A stretch of DNA of 63,203 nt, filler included, from Choristocarpus tenellus KU-1152 (Eukaryota; Protista; Phaeophyceae), in the NCBI GenBank assembly GCA_964200185.2. It is 10 parts of 10 records of this genome, joined end to end, with 100 filler letters (N's around TTAATTAATTAA, not from the genome) between each part and the next. Parts side by side here need not be neighbours in the genome. Positions count along the whole stretch, not along the records: positions 23,671 to 27,793 come from CAXNAD020016101.1; positions 27,894 to 34,736 come from CAXNAD020007237.1; positions 34,837 to 39,072 come from CAXNAD020015552.1; 7 more parts are not named here. One strand, 5' to 3'. Position numbers and translations under genes: made by a program. The notes beneath the pieces were generated by a model. It saw only the letters and a program-made list of their open reading frames with translations, had not been told where the DNA came from and did not search any database. This document shows positions 25,850 to 39,172 of the stretch, piece after piece. How positions within the stretch are numbered: position 1 is the first letter of the stretch; every line of letters begins with the position of its first letter.

Positions 25850-27590
25850 TTAGGTCTTACTTGGGGCGACCAAAGATGCCGTGGTGGAGCATTGTCCAGA
25901 TGGACGTGGATTTAATCAACAATGAGCGTCACCACTCTCCATGGAAAGACAACATGGTCAGTCGATCTCTTTAACTGTTTGGGAAGAGGATGGATCTTGC
26001 CTAATCAAAATTGCTGACCCTTCTAGTAATGATGTTATACTCCCCTCTCAATTTGTATTGGGTCTTGTATCACCAGTGGATCCAATTCGAACTCTTTCAG
26101 ATGCACAGACCGGGTCCATAGCTAGACCAACTAATCCAGAGGAGCTTCAAAAAGCCTGCGATGATGATTTTGAAAACGTTTTTGATAAAAACACCCTGGT
26201 AGATACAGTGTTGTCTGACAATGAACACCGACAACTCTTGCCCTTGTTGCTAAATATTGACCTGTTTGTTTCCTCACTTCTGAGGAACTAGATTGTTGCA
26301 ATAGTACCAGTGTTAAATCTCCACCTAAACCAGGCAAAGTTCACGTGAACTGTCCACCATATCGAGCTGCATAAAAAATACTCGAAACAGTAAGTAGATG
26401 TGCGCAGGACATAGAAAATCAAGGGACAACACAACCCTTCTCAAGTCCTTGGGCGTCATCAGTAGTCATAGTTACAAGAACTGATGGATCTTCTCGGTTT
26501 TGTGTAAAGAAGAATTTGGTACGTAATTCCTTGCCATTACCATCAATGGAAGGTTGCTTTGATACACTCGAGGGAGCGAAATATTTGTCGGGTCTTGATG
26601 TCCAGTCAGTCTGCTGGAAACTACTGATAACCAATGCCTGCGAACACCAAAAAACTACTTTGGTCGTACCGTACGGGAAACGCGAATTCAAACACCTAAT
26701 GTTTGGCGTTGCTAACCCCCCATTGATACACCAGCGCTTCATGTTGGAAACGTTTTTGAATGTGGAAATTAGAATAGGGTTACTGATTATCTTGGTGTCG
26801 TCGTACTAGGTTCCCCAACGAGAACCATCATATCCACCTTGAGAGCGTATTGTCGCTACTACAGCATATTGGAGTAACCAACCTGTAACCATCTAAAGCC
26901 CAATTTGTTCGCTATAAATCAATTAATTTTCTGGGACATGATGTCAGCCCCAGTGGTATTGCGTTTTCAACAGGTCAAATCCAAGGCAGTACCGCTCTGA
27001 AGTCCCCTTAACTCTTCGAAAGAAATACAACCCGTTCGGGGTAGAGTGAATTTTGTTCAGAAATACATCCCCCAATTGACTTACAATGACAACAGAACCC
27101 CCTAGTATCACTTTCAAGGAAGAGTACAAAAAATATATACAAGAGACAGAAGTCTATCTCAAGTATGGGGACAACCACAACAAAATTGTTCTGATGAGTG
27201 TAAAGAGTCTACCAAGTATGGTGCCAGTCTTAAGTTTCACATATTTTAGTAAGGAATTCATACGTGGATGGTAGTGATGTTGGGATGGAAGCCTTTTTTG
27301 GCACACAAAAATGATGACAGTTTCCAAATTGTAGCTTACCATAGTGTCCTTTTAAGCCATCGCAAAAGACAATATCCAGCAACTCAAAAGGAAAGGTCTA
27401 TCCGTTATTCTCGCCATCATACATCAGCGCCCATATGTTTGGGGTAATCATTTGATGGTTGTATGTGATCATTTCGCATTGCGTTGGTTGCATACAATGC
27501 AAGGTACTCTCAACATTTTGACCTGATCGGTGTTAGCCCTCCAATATTATTATAACTTCACAGCACGACATAAATCGGGATCTTTACAAT
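25850..27590 (+). mobile_element. Degenerate Ty3/Gypsy LTR retrotransposon pol (RT-RNase H), pseudogenised
   Basis: Frameshifted motifs PPYR, SSPWASSVVIVTRTDGSSRFCV, PLPSMEGCFDTLEGAKYLSGLD, TTLVVPYGKREFKHLMFGVANPP, FLGH, IVAYHS..RQYPATQKE, RPYVWGNHLMVVCDHFALRWL and HKSG. Confidence 0.9.
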
Positions 27591-27699
27591 GCATTCTGGA
27601 GATGTTATCCCCGACAGAGATGAAGGAAATTATGTTCCATGAAACACCACTCCCACTAGGCCCACTCTGCCGTAATGTCGGCCAATCAGACTCAGATAT

Positions 27700-27988
27700 G
27701 ATTGAAAGTATCTTAGAGGGTACGAGTTTTGCCCTGTTTGTCCATTTGGGGCTTGGATCCCATGGGGTTTTTATTGCATTTTCTTACTCAAAANNNNNNN
27801 NNNNNNNNNNNNNNNNNNNNNNNNNNNNNNNNNNNNNTTAATTAATTAANNNNNNNNNNNNNNNNNNNNNNNNNNNNNNNNNNNNNNNNNNNNCGCTCAC
27901 CACAACCAACAAAAACACCCCAACACCGGGGGAGGAAAACATGGCCCCTGAAGTGACACCCCCCCCCCCCCCCAAGATACTTTGAGCC
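27700..27988. mobile_element. MITE family A ends on both sides of a linker (27700-27793 and ~27935-27988)
   Basis: gattgaaagtatcttagagggtacgag.. on one side and ..ccaagatactttgagcc on the other. Confidence 0.7.
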
Positions 27989-29060
27989 AGAAGGAGAAAG
28001 TAGTTTAGTACATGTGTTTGTGGACACTTTGATACGACAGGCCCAAGCTGTTACCTCAAACATACTACTACTACTACTACTACTACTAGTGCATTCCAGA
28101 GATTTGCACTAGTGAAATACCATGGGAAATTTTGTCGAGAATGTGGGAGAGAAGCAACAAAATGATAGATAGGTGTCAATGATAGGTGTCACCAAATGTA
28201 CCACAAAATGTATCACTAAATACCTACAGGAGAAAGGCCCCAAGAATTTTCCCCCAGACATTCCAATAGGACAGTATATGAACAGCTGATTTCAAGGACA
28301 CATACATACCCAACACCAACTTGATGCCAAGGTACTAGTGATGGGGCATTCTTTGAGAGTGCTGCTTTGTGTTCTTTCTCCTGTTTTTAGTTGGGGTTGG
28401 GGATAAATTGAGGAGGAGTATTCACTCTGTCTGACAGGAAGGAAGGAAGGTTTGTTGGGGATGGTGCTGTACCATTACATTGTAGACACCACTGGTGGAG
28501 CAAGCAATCAATGGTAGAGCCGGTGATGTATGAATCAACAACTTGTGCTGTTCAGATACTTTTTTATTTTGTTTATTCATCATCGTTAACTATTTTGTAT
28601 AATAATAATAATATTAACGCTTATAAAATTATAATTAATGTAAGCAGTGTGTCCAAGCAAAAACATCACACATCTTACTACAAATATGATTGGTCAACAG
28701 AATTAGTGATGGGCAGGGTGAGGTCAGCAAAAAAAAAACACAACAAAATGTCAGGGTGTTTGTGCTCAAAAGTATGACAAGAAGAAAGAGTTCCGATTCT
28801 AACGGAGTGTCAAATGAGGCCTATCAGAACAATGACTTAATACTTTTAAAAAAAGGATCCAAAATAATATATTTACCGTTCTATTGTTAGTAAGAAAGCA
28901 ATGATTCCATTAGAAACCTTTTTCAAAACTATCATGTAAAAAAAAAGCAACAAAGGAACTTGCCATACCAATCAAATTACGTTAGATAGGTACGCCTGCC
29001 CTCTATTTGAGAAACTATTCTCTAGTGGTGGCATATAAAAGTCAGTAGCGCTCCTATAAT

Positions 29061-32000
29061 CTTAGGGTTAGGGTTAGTGGTATTAGTGGTATGACAATAT
29101 ACTACAACAACAATAGATTAGGGTTAGGGTTACTACAGTCATGTTAAGAAAAACCTCAGGGGGGACTCTACATCAGAATAGATCACTATCACAGATACTC
29201 TGTATAGAACACTATCATAATACTTTGAAGGATATGACCCAAAGTATACCACAGAGGGGGAGTAGGTGAGTTCAAATTGTTAGGGTTAGGGATGTCCCTC
29301 TTACGTCTTGGTAGTGCATGCTTTTGGCAAAGAGTTCAGTTAGTTTATTTTGGTACTGTTTGGTGAGTACATTCACTTTCAGAAAAAAAATATACCTTTA
29401 TTGACACCCTCTACTTTAATACCCTTGCATACAATGTAAATACAAAACAAAACAAAAACTCTTGCAAAAAACACCCCCCTCTAACAAGATTCACTTGTGC
29501 TTAGTCTACAGTAGGGTTAGGGTTCAATCAAAATAAAAAAAGGTGTTCCAATGGTGTGATCAAGCAAGTCATGAATGCCCCTCCCCCCTCCCCCCAGAGC
29601 ACTCACATTGTTTCCAAAGTAGTAAGCACTAGAGAGTGAAATGAAGAGGTATGTGAACGACGCCAAGGACATGGAAATCCACACCACAGGGCTGAAGGAG
29701 TTCAAAAACGATTGGAGGCATTAATGCGTCTGTCGCCTAAAGGCACTGACAGAGGCAGAGAGCTACAAATCCTAACCCTAACCCTAGCCCCAATCCCTAC
29801 AAGAACAAAAACCGGTAATAATAAAATAATAAAAACAGGTCTAACGATTGGTAACATTCAAGGACAGTAGTATCACATAAACACAGCAATAACATAGAAA
29901 CCCAACAGAAGAAAGAACACAAACTCCACATCAAAAAACGAGGGGTATCAATCCTTCAAAAAAAGATATATTATTATTATTATTATATATTTTGAATAAC
30001 AAAAAATAGCACTGAACTCTCTGCTAAAAAAATGACCACGATTGAAAATAAGAAATAAATAAATAGAAATATAAAAAAAAGAACTGTACCTACCTACCTA
30101 CCTACGGGGCAGTAACGATTTCGAGTGCTGCTCTCACCCAACTTCTGTCTTGTCCTCCAGTGCGTGAACCAGTGTTGGGGCCTTGGACGCTAGCATCAGG
30201 GCAAACATGACAGCTGGGATGGCCGTGGTGACACCTTTCCACCTTATCAACGGGGTGGTTCCAATGAGAGATCCTTCCTGCAAACACCAAGGACAACACA
30301 TGTTGAGAGGATAACTTCTCGTAGGTAGATGAGCGATACATTTGATAAATCGATATATTTGATACAATCACCACATTCGATAGATAGATAGTCACTATCA
30401 TGTTATCACCTCACTGGCATTGTTGTTGTTGGTCAATGGAGATGATCGATTCCCTCTACCAGTCGATTGCTGTAAGGTAAATATACATACATACATACAT
30501 ATATGTACATATATATATTATCTTTCAGAAGGGGGTGTGGGGTGGGTGCTGTTTAGGGCATGTGTCCATTCAGGGCTTTGTGGGGTGTAGTGTAGTATAG
30601 TGTAGTATAGTATAGTATAGTATAGTGTAGTGTAGTGTAGTATGATGTTTCAGTTTTGATGCCCGTTTTTCAGGATGATTATTGTTTGGATTTGGTTGAT
30701 GCAGGGGGATATAATAAAGGGAAGGCGTTTGTATTCAGATCAAGGAAATTGTCGATAGACCTAACGCATTCCACTTAGATGACATGACATGACATTAACA
30801 CAAGTGTTCAACAGAACCCTAACCCTAACCCCCTCAAGGATACTGAGTTAAAGTATACTATCCTAGAGGGTAGAGCTGCATCCATTTGGGGGGTCAAAAT
30901 CCAATGATTCGCTGTTGATGTAATTTTGACCATGATATATCGTGTGTGTTTGTTAGGAAGTGTCCATATCCTTGTTCCAGACACACCTTTTTCAGAACAT
31001 ATACATTTTACCTACTCCAAAACATTTGTGGAGTAGGTAATATGTCATAAAAAAAACCCCTGGGAAGCCAAGCCCCAAAATGGACAAATGGGGCAAAAGT
31101 CATACCTACTGTTGTAACTGCATCAAGAACAAAAACACACAAGTGGTTTGCAATGGTGAAGATAAAGGTTCTGTCTGCACAGAGTTTGTACTAAATTATT
31201 ATTATTATTCCCTACAATGCCTGTAACTGTATCAATATATCTGTATGTTGATCATGGTACCAATCCAATTTTGGTAATAGCCCCAACTCTACTTAAGTGT
31301 TACATTAAAATACTTAAAAATAGTATTTATTTTCAAGTGAATTTCTTCAATATCAACAACTTCAACAAAAATTACTCAGTTTCAGAATGAAGATACCTAC
31401 CTGCACCTCTCTCTCTCTCTCTATTTGATCCTAGGCATTGCAAGTATACATATATTATTATTATTAGTACACAACAATTCATCAAAACAATGAGAACCCA
31501 AAGAGCAAAATATTGTTCTCTTCCGAAATAGTTAACAATGTCCAAATCTATCTCCCAACCTCCCCCTCTCCCCCCAAGAAAGGTCAAACAATAAAAATAA
31601 ATAACAGAAAGTTAAAAAAAACTAACATAACTGCCAAACTAAGTAAGGTAACAGACCTTAAACAAGTCGGTACACACACCAGAAATAATAATAAAAAATT
31701 CAAAGAAGATGTAACCCAAAGCCCAACAAGATCTTTTTTGTTCATATTGTTCCATGCTCATCATATGACTACCTATTGATAGTACACACACATCACAGCC
31801 CAGCCCATGAGGGTTATGGGTAGGGTTAGCCTCTACATCTTCACTCCCATCAACAAAAAAGAAAAACAATAAAATAAAATGTTGAATATCATCACTAACC
31901 CTAACCCTAACACACACACATTTCCAATCATTACATTTGTTATGATTTATATGATGCATAATACCTATCGCCAACACTCTAAAATAAAAAATAAAAAAAT

Positions 32001-34600
32001 ACTTAAAATGGTTCTATGCGATGTCATCCCCGAGGTCAGTGGACACTAACTCTCTGATGTGACAATGTTAATACTGGTATTATAATGCAATATGATAGTA
32101 ACTTCCTTCTTATATCATCACCTGCAAAATAATATATTTGTGCTTCAAAAACATATCAAGTACAAAAATAAGTTACAAATGCAAGCATGTATGTATGCAT
32201 AAGTACATATTCCTCTCACCTCTTCCCCAAAGGGGTTTGTATCAGAAATCAAGGCATATAGGACAGATCCCACCATACAGACCAAGATCAAGAACCGCAG
32301 GTAGGTTAGGAAAACCTGATTGTTCATTGGTTCATTCATTCATACCATTTGTTAAAAAAAAAGGAATTGTCATTCATTCATTTCAGTATATATACCAAGA
32401 TGAGGTACACCTTTTCAATACATTAATAAATAGATATGATATCATACAATGCTAGTGTCATAATGCTATGATCAGTACATGACAAAAGGGGTACACTTTT
32501 TTTTATAATTAGGGTATTAGGAAATAATATATATATGATAAACACTAATTGGTGTCAAGATTAATCTTAACAATATATTTGACCATTTGTGAGATTAAGA
32601 TTCTAATCCAGATTGAATGTACGCCCAGACGATGGTGTGGGACATTTGGAATAATTATTCAAACTGTTGAGTCATTTGGTATTCTGAGTCATTTGCTGTA
32701 AGGCTTGGTGAGCCCCATCTAGTGATAGTGTCTCTCTCTCTCTCTCTCTCTCTCTTCTCAAGCGTGATGCAACCTAATGAACAATGATATAACTGGTTGG
32801 GTTGGGTGGGACAATGATATGACAACTGATCGAATTTGTCAAGGGTTAACCCTAACCCTAACCTTAACAATGGGTGTATCACTAACATCAGTATTTGACA
32901 AGAAGAGGTACACCTTTTCTAAAATGAAGGCATTAAGAAATTAATGATAAACACTATTGGTATATCACTAACATCAGTATTGACAAGAAGATGAACACCT
33001 CTAAATAAAACAACACCAAAACTATTCCCCTATGATCGCCACATGTCAAGAAGAGGTATATCCTTCAACTAGAACAGTACACTACTACAGATACCAAAAA
33101 GAGATACAGTCACCTATACGCACCAATCAACACAAAAAGGGTATACCCCTTACCTACACAACACATTTCACCTCTTTACCCTCACCAAATAGGTAAAAAT
33201 AAAACAAAGTGCTTCTTCTGACCCAAACCCTAATTCCAGCTCCTCCTACACCTCTGTATACATGTTCCTTGACCACACCATTTCCAACATTGATCGCCAT
33301 CTACAGCATGTTCCTTGTAATTCAGGGTGTGCCTGCCCCCACCTCGAGACTTCATAACTTCATCACCTCATAACTTCATATTCCTGTAAAAACAAAAAAA
33401 GACTCACAGAACCGTTACACAATATAAATAAACAAGAAATACACCAACCTAACTACAATAAAACAAAACAAATAATAATTCCATCCTTGCTTAGGAAAAT
33501 TAAGAAAATAAGTTCAGTCTGGTACTATTTTTTAGTTGTACACACAATTAGTAGGTTAGGGTTAGGGTTGGGTACCACGATTGATCCTAAACTCACAGTA
33601 AAAAAACATACGCTAACCCTAACCCTAACCCTAGTCACATCTCCAAACATGAACAAAAGTCCTATTTGTTTCCAGTCAAGTATTGTAGTAGATAGTAGAT
33701 AGTAGATAGTGCAATCCAATGGTGTTGCACTCCCAACAGGGACGGTAAGAATCAAAATACCCACGTGAAAATGTGCAATATGAACCAAACTTTTTTTTTT
33801 GTGATGGCCACTCTTCTGCCCATAACTCTAGTGAAAGAAATAAAATTAATCTAAAATAAATTAAAAACAATAGAGTATTTTAAAAATAATTGTACATACT
33901 TCAACTTGCCATTTTCCCAATATTTTCATTCCAAGAAAATGAACACATGCACACACACACACATATATGTATATATATATTTCATTTTGTCAAACCCTAA
34001 CCCTAACTTGAGAAAATCAAAACAATGCATTATTGAGATTTTGTTCAACCTACCAGAAGTATCATATCGACTCCAGGTCACTCCCTGACAGGCTCATTAT
34101 AAAAAAAAAATTGAACTAGGTATTAAAATTTGAATGAAGGTAATCCCCCTTGGACAGACCAATCTTCTATTCTGCAGGTTCTTATTTTCTTTTAAAAACA
34201 TAAGAAAAAAACTAAATACATGTAGCTTCAATATTATTGTGAATAATGATAGGGTTAGGGTTAGGTCAAATAAACATTGGGTTTCAGAAAACTAGAATAC
34301 TTTTTCTCAAAAACCATTTCACTAAAAATTAAAATTAGTAATCAACCACTGCAGATCTATAACCCTAACCCTTGAAAAGAGGGTTGCACTCTTGCACCTA
34401 CCACAAAAAAATATAAAATAATAATAATAAAAAATAATCATACACGCCAAGAACGGTATTTCGTGCTGCAATGATAAACACTTACACACTATTTTTTTTT
34501 TTGAAGTACAAAGAAGAACAGAAAAATAATCTTCTGCAAGACACAAATATTTCTATAGTATGCGATCATAACCCTAACCCTAACCCTAACCCTATAACCC
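29061..34600. repeat. Dense short interstitial TTAGGG/CCCTAA arrays in transporter introns
   Basis: Arrays of 2-5 units in both orientations at ~29061, 29118, 29280, 29513, 29771, 30816, 31897, 32846, 33554, 33613, 33993, 34252, 34361 and 34570. Confidence 0.85.
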
Positions 34601-34736
34601 TCACCTGCAATCCCGCCTGCTCCTTGATTTCCAATGTGGACATATAGATAGTTATCACACCAAACACCCCCACATACACTCGGTAAGCTCCAACAATGTC
34701 CATTCCAGGAATGGGGGCGTAGGTGGACAGGGCCGC
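29607..34736 (-). CDS. Amino-acid transporter (Aa_trans/SLC38, TMEM104-like), internal exons 34736-34605, 32315-32220, 30277-30138, 29691-29607
   Basis: Spliced in phase: AALSTYAPIPGMDIVGAYRVYVGVFGVITIYMSTLEIKEQAGLQ|VFLTYLRFLILVCMVGSVLYALISDTNPFGEE|EGSLIGTTPLIRWKGVTTAIPAVMFALMLASKAPTLVHALEDKTEVG|PVVWISMSLASFTYLFISLSSAYYFGNN. Four hydrophobic helices and the AYRVY, Q..LQ..T..R, P.L...L.DK and YYFG motifs fit the family. Confidence 0.78.
30845..31106. mobile_element. MITE family A diverged copy
   Basis: Colinear with 6531-6789 (tccatttggggggtcaaa..ccttgttccagacacacctttt..gggaagccaagccccaaaatggacaaa). Confidence 0.75.
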
Positions 34737-34839
34737 NNNNNNNNNNNNNNNNNNNNNNNNNNNNNNNNNNNNNNNNNNNNTTAATTAATTAANNNNNNNN
34801 NNNNNNNNNNNNNNNNNNNNNNNNNNNNNNNNNNNNAAC

Positions 34840-35005
34840 GGGGGGGGGGGGTGGTTTGTGAGGTGGCGTCCGTTTCGGTCAAACAATCCTTTTTTTTTCT
34901 GACATTTCAAATCCGACACGTGCGACCAAATCACGCCAAAAAAGTGAAAATCGAAAAAATGGTGAAAAACGGACGCCGACACCCCCCCCCCAGATACTTT
35001 GACCC
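34840..35005. mobile_element. MITE family A-related element (third internal subtype)
   Basis: Subterminal inverted ggcgtccgttt / aaacggacgcc, ending cccagatactttgaccc. Confidence 0.65.
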
Positions 35006-35849
35006 ACCTCCATTACTCCACAACAAGTTCAGTATACACTTCGAATCGAATCAAAACCTCAGGTTGAACGTTGACATGTATTACATTATTGTGTATCCGT
35101 AGCCGACAATTAAAACTCGATCCGTAGGTCCTAGAGAACCCCTTGTATGTGTTGCATTTTCCTGAGTGATACAGAGTACTTCAACCAGAGAAATGTTTGA
35201 GGTACATTGCAGGGCGAGTGCTTTTCACAAACAAATTAATTGCTACTATTAATGCTACTACCCTATCGGTGTTGCAGTGTGTGCCATTATTAATGCCAGA
35301 GCATGCCCATATTGTTGTCCGTTGTGGTCAAGAACCAAGTAGATAAGACTTCATAAATATTTTTAGACAGTCCGCCTTGGTTTGGCCACTACATTTGCTA
35401 AGAATAGAGCAGGGTTACCTTGACTTTTTTGCTTTCCCTTTTTTTACTTCACAAGACTAAGACTACTTATAAACTACTCAAATCCCTGTTTTTTGGGCAC
35501 CCCACATCGTAAACGCATACTTCTTTGAGTCATGAATTTTGAGGTTTGCTTCTAAATTGAAGACATCAACTCCTCGTGTACAGACTCTTGGAAGAACCCC
35601 ATCTTCGAATGCTATTTTACCTGAGTACTACTCTGGAGTGATTTTATGTAAATATGAGTCTTATATCTCAGACATACCTTCATGCCACCGCTCTGAGAGT
35701 CCACAAACCTTGCGCGAACACTACACACAAAAAAACACAGACGTGTATGTCCACTGACAAAATTGTTGGAATTATGTTCTGGATCTGGGATGTCTGTCAG
35801 CACAGTGTGTGGAGGGTAGTTCGACACGTTCAAATGGATCAAGGGCCAA

Positions 35850-36740
35850 GGACTCAACCAGGAATCCACAGAGACGTGTTTTTAATGGAATCACTGATTA
35901 TACCAGGACAAGCAAGGAGAATATCTTGACCCAATGAGGTGGGTTATTCCCGGTGGAAGGTCTTGATACATACTCGGAGTGCTTTCCTCATAAATTGGAA
36001 CTGTGTAGTATTGGTATCAAGAAGTGGCCAAGGGACAATAAATAACTTTGGAACGAGCTAGTATATGCTGGCACTATGGAAGGTGACTGTTTGGACATGC
36101 TGAAATGGGCCGGAGGCAATGAATGTCTTTGGGATGAGGCTATTGTGTGTGGTGGCATGACGTAAGGGGGTATTTAAAACCTGTCGTAGGCTAGGGTCAA
36201 CGACCGCCAATAGAATGAGCTAACCACTTCTGGAGCTATAGTGGGTGGAGGCTGAGGCGATTTGAAGAGGACTAGAACTAACAACAGCCCTTGGGATGAG
36301 GGTACTGGCTTTAGAGGGCTTTGGGGGACACCTGAAGACTGTGAAGGTGCATAGGATCGACCACCGCTCTTGAAACAAGCAGATCGACTCTTAGATGTGT
36401 CAGCAGGTCTCACAGCTGCCCATGGAATGAAATAAGTTGCTCTAAAGCTGTGATAGTTGAAAGTGTGGACACATCAATGTGGGACAATACAAGAGTTGCC
36501 CATGGGATAAGGATACATGTCTAGAGGCAGCAAGGAAGGGGCATCTGGTCGGCCTTGGGACACCAGTTGTATTACTCAGCCTGTTAAATACTGTTGCTAT
36601 GCTGAAGCTATTGAGTACATTAATGACTGCCGACCCAATGATGAGGATGCATTGGAGTGAGAGGACATTGGAGAGGACAGCTCCTGACATTCCAACAACT
36701 GGACAGTTGGAGGTTTTTGAGTTGTGGGCGACAGACTTTT
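35850..36740 (+). pseudogene. Decayed intronless ankyrin-repeat gene of the 'LKWARxNGCPWDExTCxxAAxxGHLE' type
   Basis: Remnant repeats DMLKWAGGNECLWDEA (~36095), NNSPWDEGT (~36280), SCPWNE (~36415), CPWDKDTCLEAARKGHL (~36495) and HWSERT..GQLEV (~36650), interrupted by stops and frameshifts. Confidence 0.75.
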
Positions 36741-37166
36741 CACTCAGACTTGACTGTGAGTCAAAGTAAACGAGAGGCAGACAGGGTTTGACTGCATAGC
36801 ATTTTAAGTCTGTTTTTCAATCTTTGCAATTCACCCATATTTCCATGTATGAAGTTCTAAGTTCGACTTGAGTTCGTTTGTTTCTCTGTTGTTTGAAACG
36901 TTTCGACACCAGTGAGAAAACACTCTATAAGCACTTACGCAGGAAAGTCGAATTTTGCACATATTTGTCAGCATACTTAAAATACAACTCTGGGTACTTC
37001 TCGTCTACTTTGATTTTGTATCACTGAGATCAACCATATGGTGTGTTGCAATTGAACTCCATTGAATAAACATGTGCTGCAAGAGTATATCATTTGATCT
37101 ATACGTACGTCATATACATACTCAGTATATTTGTGTGTGGTGTGTGTGTGGTTGTAAGGATCCAAG

Positions 37167-37937
37167 AGTCAAACCAATTGAGAGGTGGAAAGGGTTGCGT
37201 TTTAAGAATCCCTAGAATTGGCTAAGAGATGCATTTTGTATATTGGCAGAAACAACCTCTGCTGAATTGTGGTGTCGCGTTGTGTGTGGAAAGAGGGAAT
37301 AGCAATGTTGGGTACGTGCATATAAAACTGCTGATATACACACAAGGAGTAGCACGATATTTGGAGTTGAGGTATGCAAACTCTTATGGTACTAACGAAC
37401 AAGATATCAAAGGCGCTTATTCTGCAGGTTCAGCTCTGTTCTGTCTGTGCTTTGTGGCGAGGTGATTGGCTTGACAATTCCTTGTTTCCATGCAGGACTC
37501 AGTCTGGGCGATATATGCAGAGAGCTCTACTGCAGCGACCACAAATATAGTATGATGCATTCTCACAACAAATGTTACATGAACTTAGATTCCTCCTTGG
37601 TTTCGGTGGTCCAGAAGCAGAGCTCAGAAGTGTAGTACATATGGTGCGATTTTTATAAGTCATGTATTGCAACAAGCTACACCAATTAATTGAGAGGTAG
37701 GCGGGTTTGGATCCTTTTGCAATCTAAGTAATCTTTCTTCTTCTGTTCAACGTGCTCTATTCCATTGCTAGATGTGCACAATAATGTAAGCAAAATTGAT
37801 ATTCCCCCTTTCCACACACAAAGTGACACCACAATTATGCAAAGGCTCTCTCTGCAAATGTGAAAAATGGTATATTTTCGTTCGTTTCTTAGGATCCTTG
37901 AAATGCAACCTAACCTACCTCTCAATTGGTTTGGCTC
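37167..37937. mobile_element. MITE family B copy (37681-37937) plus an extra inverted end at 37167-37215
   Basis: 37681-37937 is colinear with 210-467. gagtcaaaccaattgagaggtgg at 37167 is inverted relative to cctacctctcaattggtttggctc at 37937. Confidence 0.7.
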
Positions 37938-38515
37938 AGCCCATATATTTCCTCCAGATCTGCTTCCTCCCTTATGTCAAATGAAAATCAAATTCGATCT
38001 GCCACTACTAATAGTCCGACTAAAACGACACCATATGCACTATTTGGCACCTTCTGAACAGCACTTTTGGACTGCCTACAAGAGAGAGTCTTATTGTTAG
38101 GGTAATACTACGTATAGTACCGTATGTACCAAGGATAGGGATAATAGTTTTAACAAAACTATTATCGCCTTTTTTCCGTCCTCCACTGCGTGGATATTAG
38201 AGGCAAGTACGCGATCGGGTACAAATGGCTTGTTGATTTATGATCACTCTCAATGCTTCTTGGCAGGAAAGGAAAGGCAAAGAAACACTCACTTCTTGTC
38301 GACTTAGGAATGAACATACTTTATACTCAGTGTATCTAATAATAAAGTTATTCTTCTCCTGAAGCACTGGCAGGGCATTGTAAGCAGGGCAATCTAGGAA
38401 GGAGGGAGAGAAGGAAGATCAATCTTACCCACGAGCCACTCAGACCCTGCCTGACCCAGCAGTGAAAGGTATTTGATATTGATCCTACCAAACAGGAATA
38501 ATTAACAGTGTATGG

Positions 38516-38961
38516 CATGACTGTTGGAGCTGCCTTGAAGGTCCATTTCTTCACAAACTACATCCATCATATACACTTCGAGTATGTATTATGTATATAG
38601 TGCTGCCACGCTCGAGTCACAGCAAGAAATGACAAGAACAATGGAGGGCACATTCTGATTAACAAATTGGACCACAGGCAGCTGTCTCGATCCAAACACC
38701 GTTCAGTCAGGCTGGTTGGGGAAACTATTGCAAGCTCCATGACGGTAGGAGCTGCCTTGAAGGCCCACTTCATTGCAAACTACATGCACCATACACACTT
38801 GGAGTATATATCATGTATATGGCGCTGCCACGTTTGAGTCACTGCAAGAAATGCCGACTACATTGGAGGGCACATTTTCCTTAAAAAATTGGACCACAGG
38901 CAGAGTCTGTCTCGACCCAACCACCGTTCAGTCAGCTTGGTTGGGAAAGTGTTACACACTC
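38516..38961 (+). repeat. Tandem duplication, 222/224-bp units
   Basis: catgac..ggagctgccttgaagg..cacttc..caaactacat..ctgccacg..gagtcac..caagaaatg..ggagggcacatt..aattggaccacaggcag..ccgttcagtcag starts at 38516 and again at 38738. Confidence 0.9.
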
Positions 38962-39172
38962 CATGGCCAGTCAAGTACCACGTAAAACGAAGGCGAAGTA
39001 AACATAAATTCCAAGCAATAGTGGAGGACGGCCCAAAGTATCTGGGGGGGGGGGGCTCAAAGAATCTAGGAGNNNNNNNNNNNNNNNNNNNNNNNNNNNN
39101 NNNNNNNNNNNNNNNNTTAATTAATTAANNNNNNNNNNNNNNNNNNNNNNNNNNNNNNNNNNNNNNNNNNNN

